A stretch of 63,484 nucleotides of DNA, filler included, from Raillietiella orientalis (taxonomy: Eukaryota): the NCBI GenBank assembly GCA_036172245.1. It is 19 parts of 19 records of this genome, joined end to end, with 100 filler letters (N's around TTAATTAATTAA, not from the genome) between each part and the next. Parts side by side here need not be neighbours in the genome. Positions count along the whole stretch, not along the records: positions 60,582 to 63,484 come from JAYWIR010000387.1; 18 more parts are not named here. One strand, given 5' to 3'. The notes under the pieces are model-generated. The model was not told the origin of the DNA. It was given only the letters and a program-made list of their open reading frames with translations, and ran no database searches. Every line of letters starts with the position of its first letter. Position 1 is the first letter of the stretch. Both the position numbers and the translations under genes were made by a program. Below, in pieces: positions 60,604 to 63,484 of the stretch.

Positions 60604-62799
60604 ACGCAAGGCGGTCGACTGCGTAAACCAGAAGCTGCTTTTGGAGCTTATGGAACGCCTAGTGTTCCCGTCGCATCTCCTGCTGTATTTGCGCGAGTGC
60701 TGGCGCCACTCGCTCTGCATCACTTTCAGCGGTTGCCGCGTGTACGGTATTCCCGTGCGTAGGGCATACGACAGGGCGACAGCTTAAGCCCGTTGCTCTA
60801 TAGCATCTTCTTTAAGTTGGAGCTGAGAGCGTGCAGGCTGATTCTGTCTCACTTGCCATGCTGCTCCCCTGGTACGCCCGCCATTGCCGCCTGAGGTGAT
60901 GACCTGCTTCTTCTGCTCACCATGTCCACCCCGGCGTTCAGTTTCGAGGATTTCTTCGACCTGATTCGTCGAGGGGCGGGCGTGAGCCTGAACAGAGAGA
61001 AGAGCGTGTTCGCTCTTGTGGGTGCGTCGTGGGAGGGGCAGTCCGACTGGATCCGCCTGGGGATCCCCACGGGCGGGTACTTTAAGTACCTTGGCGTTCC
61101 GTTGGGCGCTGTCGGGGGAGCCTATGCTAGGGCGGACTGTCTTCAGAAAGCAGAGTTAACCATCAGTCCGTTCATTAACGGCAAGTTTACCCCTCTTGAA
61201 CGGGCGACTATTTGAAACACTTTTGTGGCCCCCCTCCTCCGTCTTCTGTTTTTCGTTTTGGACCCCCCTTATGCGGCGAAACCGCGGTCTAAACCCCTGC
61301 TCAGGAACGCTCTCTGGGGTCCGGCGAGATCCAGGATCCGCGTTAAAAATTTGGTTGCTCCGCGTCGGTATGCTGGTTTAGGTATCCTGACAATGGAGCG
61401 AATCGTCCTGCAGGTGCAGTTCCGACTGCTGGCACTGTGTGCCCAGCTTTGGACATCCGCCCTTTGTGTGCCAGCACGCATTCTCCTGCGGAGATGCGCC
61501 GGCAGCGGAGGATCTCTCTCGCTTTTGGCGGGCACACAATACAGGGAGCGTTGTTTTGGGTTTGCATTGCGGCAGTTGACCGCACTTCTGGAAGTTCATT
61601 CGTAAATCTCCTGCCGCCCAATGAACTTTGAAGCTTGACGGGAGGAGTCTGTTGAATGCTGGTCGGCGTTCCAAGGAATACGCCCTGAATATCTTCGCTG
61701 CCTGCGCCAATTTTTTCCACGATCCTCGGAAGAAGTACTGCAGGACGAGGTGAAGTATTCTACCCTGGCTTCCACGCTTCTTTCCGCAGCGCTTTTATGC
61801 CCTTAGTGCAGGAAACGGCAGTTGCCAACCTGCGAGGTGGGAGGTTTCCTGCACGATAGCGGAAAAAACCAAACTCATTGGCGCCTTTAAGACGAGCGAG
61901 TTGGCGGACCGCGCCACTCCTCGTGTTACTTCAAAGGGACTCCTCCGGAGGGCACAAGAACTTGGTGTCACCCCCGAAGAACTTGTAGTCCCTCCACAGT
62001 GTGTCGACTATTCGCTGCTCCCCCTTGCTTGGAAAGAAGCCCTGTTGCTTCTCGTTCACTGGGGTTTTCAGTGCAACGAGCGTTGGCATCGTGACTCCGG
62101 GGGACTTGCGTCTGCGATCTGCGTTCGGTGCGGATCGACGGAGTCGATTTCGAACCTACTTCTGGACTACGGTGTCTTACAAGAACCGTGGCGCAGACTG
62201 GCAACAGAACTCTCGCATCCCGTGGACACCGCAAGAGACTTGCGGCGACGATTCTTCACGGGGAGCGTTCTGTGTATAAGCGCAAGGATTGCAATCATCG
62301 GTTGCATACGCGCGATAGTTTCCGTCCGCCAGGCGCTGATAGTCAACAAGCAGCACCAAGAGGTGATTGGCAAAGCATCTTTCTATATGGAAGGAGCCGC
62401 CCGATGGCCTCAAGTGACCGAGGATACAATAAGGGATCTCGCTAGCATACGCCGGCGGTTTACAGACGCTACCCAACAGCGCACCCGGTGAACCTTTCCC
62501 CTCGAACCCTTCAAATGTTTTTTTTTTTCCTTTTCCGCCCTATTAGGCTCCGGAACATTTTAGGTGCTCTCTTTTTGAATCCCCGTGAGTACGGAGCTCC
62601 ACCAAATACCCGTTACCCCTCTTTCCAAATTTATATTTTTGTTTGTTTTCCCTCTATTTCCTCATTGTTCTTGGAAGCGGTTTGTAAACCAAGCCTGTGT
62701 GCCGGTAACCTGTCTTTGCTCCTTGTCGTTTCTTTGGTTAGAGACATCGTCTTTGACCGGTTTATTTTTAGTAAACGCACCGGCGTGACTGGGTGAAAA
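60604..62799 (+). mobile_element. Diverged family D element, from RKAVDC to the 3' end; pseudogene
   Basis: RKAVDCVNQKLLLEL, QGDSLSP, KYLGV, CVRCG, stop 62491; degenerate AGTAAA-hairpin-GAAAA at 62770-62799. Confidence 0.88.
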
Positions 62800-63484
62800 A
62801 TTTCAATCTCCGCCTTCTAACATTTGAGCCGGAAACACAAGTGAACGCGATGAACGAGTTGTGCGCCGCCATCCGTGCGCGCAACTTGTTCGCTTATGAG
62901 GGGGGAATGGACCGCAGCATCGAGCACGTCTTCCTTGAAGCTGAAGTGTGTTCACGGGTCGGCAAACGGGGGAGGGTTGCGTCGACGTAGTCGGACCATT
63001 CGCTATTAATTTTCGAGATGCAACCTCGCGAAAAGGGACCGCCATTTAGCGATTGGCGTCTGCAGAGAAACAAAACGCGACTTACAGGTGCGAAGGAACA
63101 CCTTCGGGAATTCCTGAGAGGAGTCACGCTCCAGAGTCTCACGGATTCGGACCTTGTCAAGGCCTCGGTCCGGGAGTTTTGCGAGCAGTTCTCGCTGGAC
63201 CGCCTGCTTCCCGAATTCGGCGAGGGTCCCCGCAACCATGGGGCCTTTTTACAGGCTCGTAGTTACGAGGGAACCCCTAATGTCCGTCGCCTGGCCGAGT
63301 ATAGCGCCGGGGCCGAACGCCAAGCCTTGAAATCCGGGTCGGCCAGCTTGCTGGACGACCAGGGCCGGGAATGTTCGTCCCCGGCGTCGGTACGGCATCT
63401 CGTGCGGAGTTTTTATTCCTCCCTTTACGCCAGGGAGCCCCCGTTTCGGAACGCCTCTCGACGCATGCTTCCGGATGGCGACCC
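62800..63484 (+). mobile_element. Family B-like ORF2 fragment starting at the (G)DFNLR codons
   Basis: FNLRLLTFEPETQVNAMNELCAA, homologous to the starts of the 24584 and 28036 copies. Confidence 0.9.

Overview
This window is not a contiguous locus. It is 19 short contigs (about 3.5 down to 2.9 kb, in descending length order) joined by identical 100-bp artificial linkers (N44-TTAATTAATTAA-N44), from an animal genome, probably an arthropod judging by the rDNA. Thirteen contigs consist of pieces of several diverged families of Tx1/L1-clade non-LTR retrotransposons (zinc-knuckle ORF1; APE endonuclease-RT-CCHC ORF2). The rest are a 5.8S-ITS2-28S rDNA fragment, two 180-bp satellite arrays, a ~1.1-kb tandem repeat, a 1590-bp tandem duplication, and a three-zinc-finger ORF preceded by a phased array of CTCF-like motifs. 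The main discovery is that the retrotransposons insert into each other at recurrent, family-specific positions, mostly antisense. Family A hits the RT DL(H/R)KAF|D codons (three 3' and two 5' junctions in identical register, 15-bp target copy). Family B hits the RLPxGFG| codons, and two other families hit the endonuclease GDFN codons. Ten of the eleven 3' ends seen share an AATAAA-hairpin-GAAAA terminus. The 5' DPE-like motif sits exactly 27 nt downstream of an initiator-like CA supplied by the antisense strand of the host, and the endonuclease appears to lack the usual target-reading hairpin loop. Family letters A-F are my own labels from by-eye comparison; no database search was possible.
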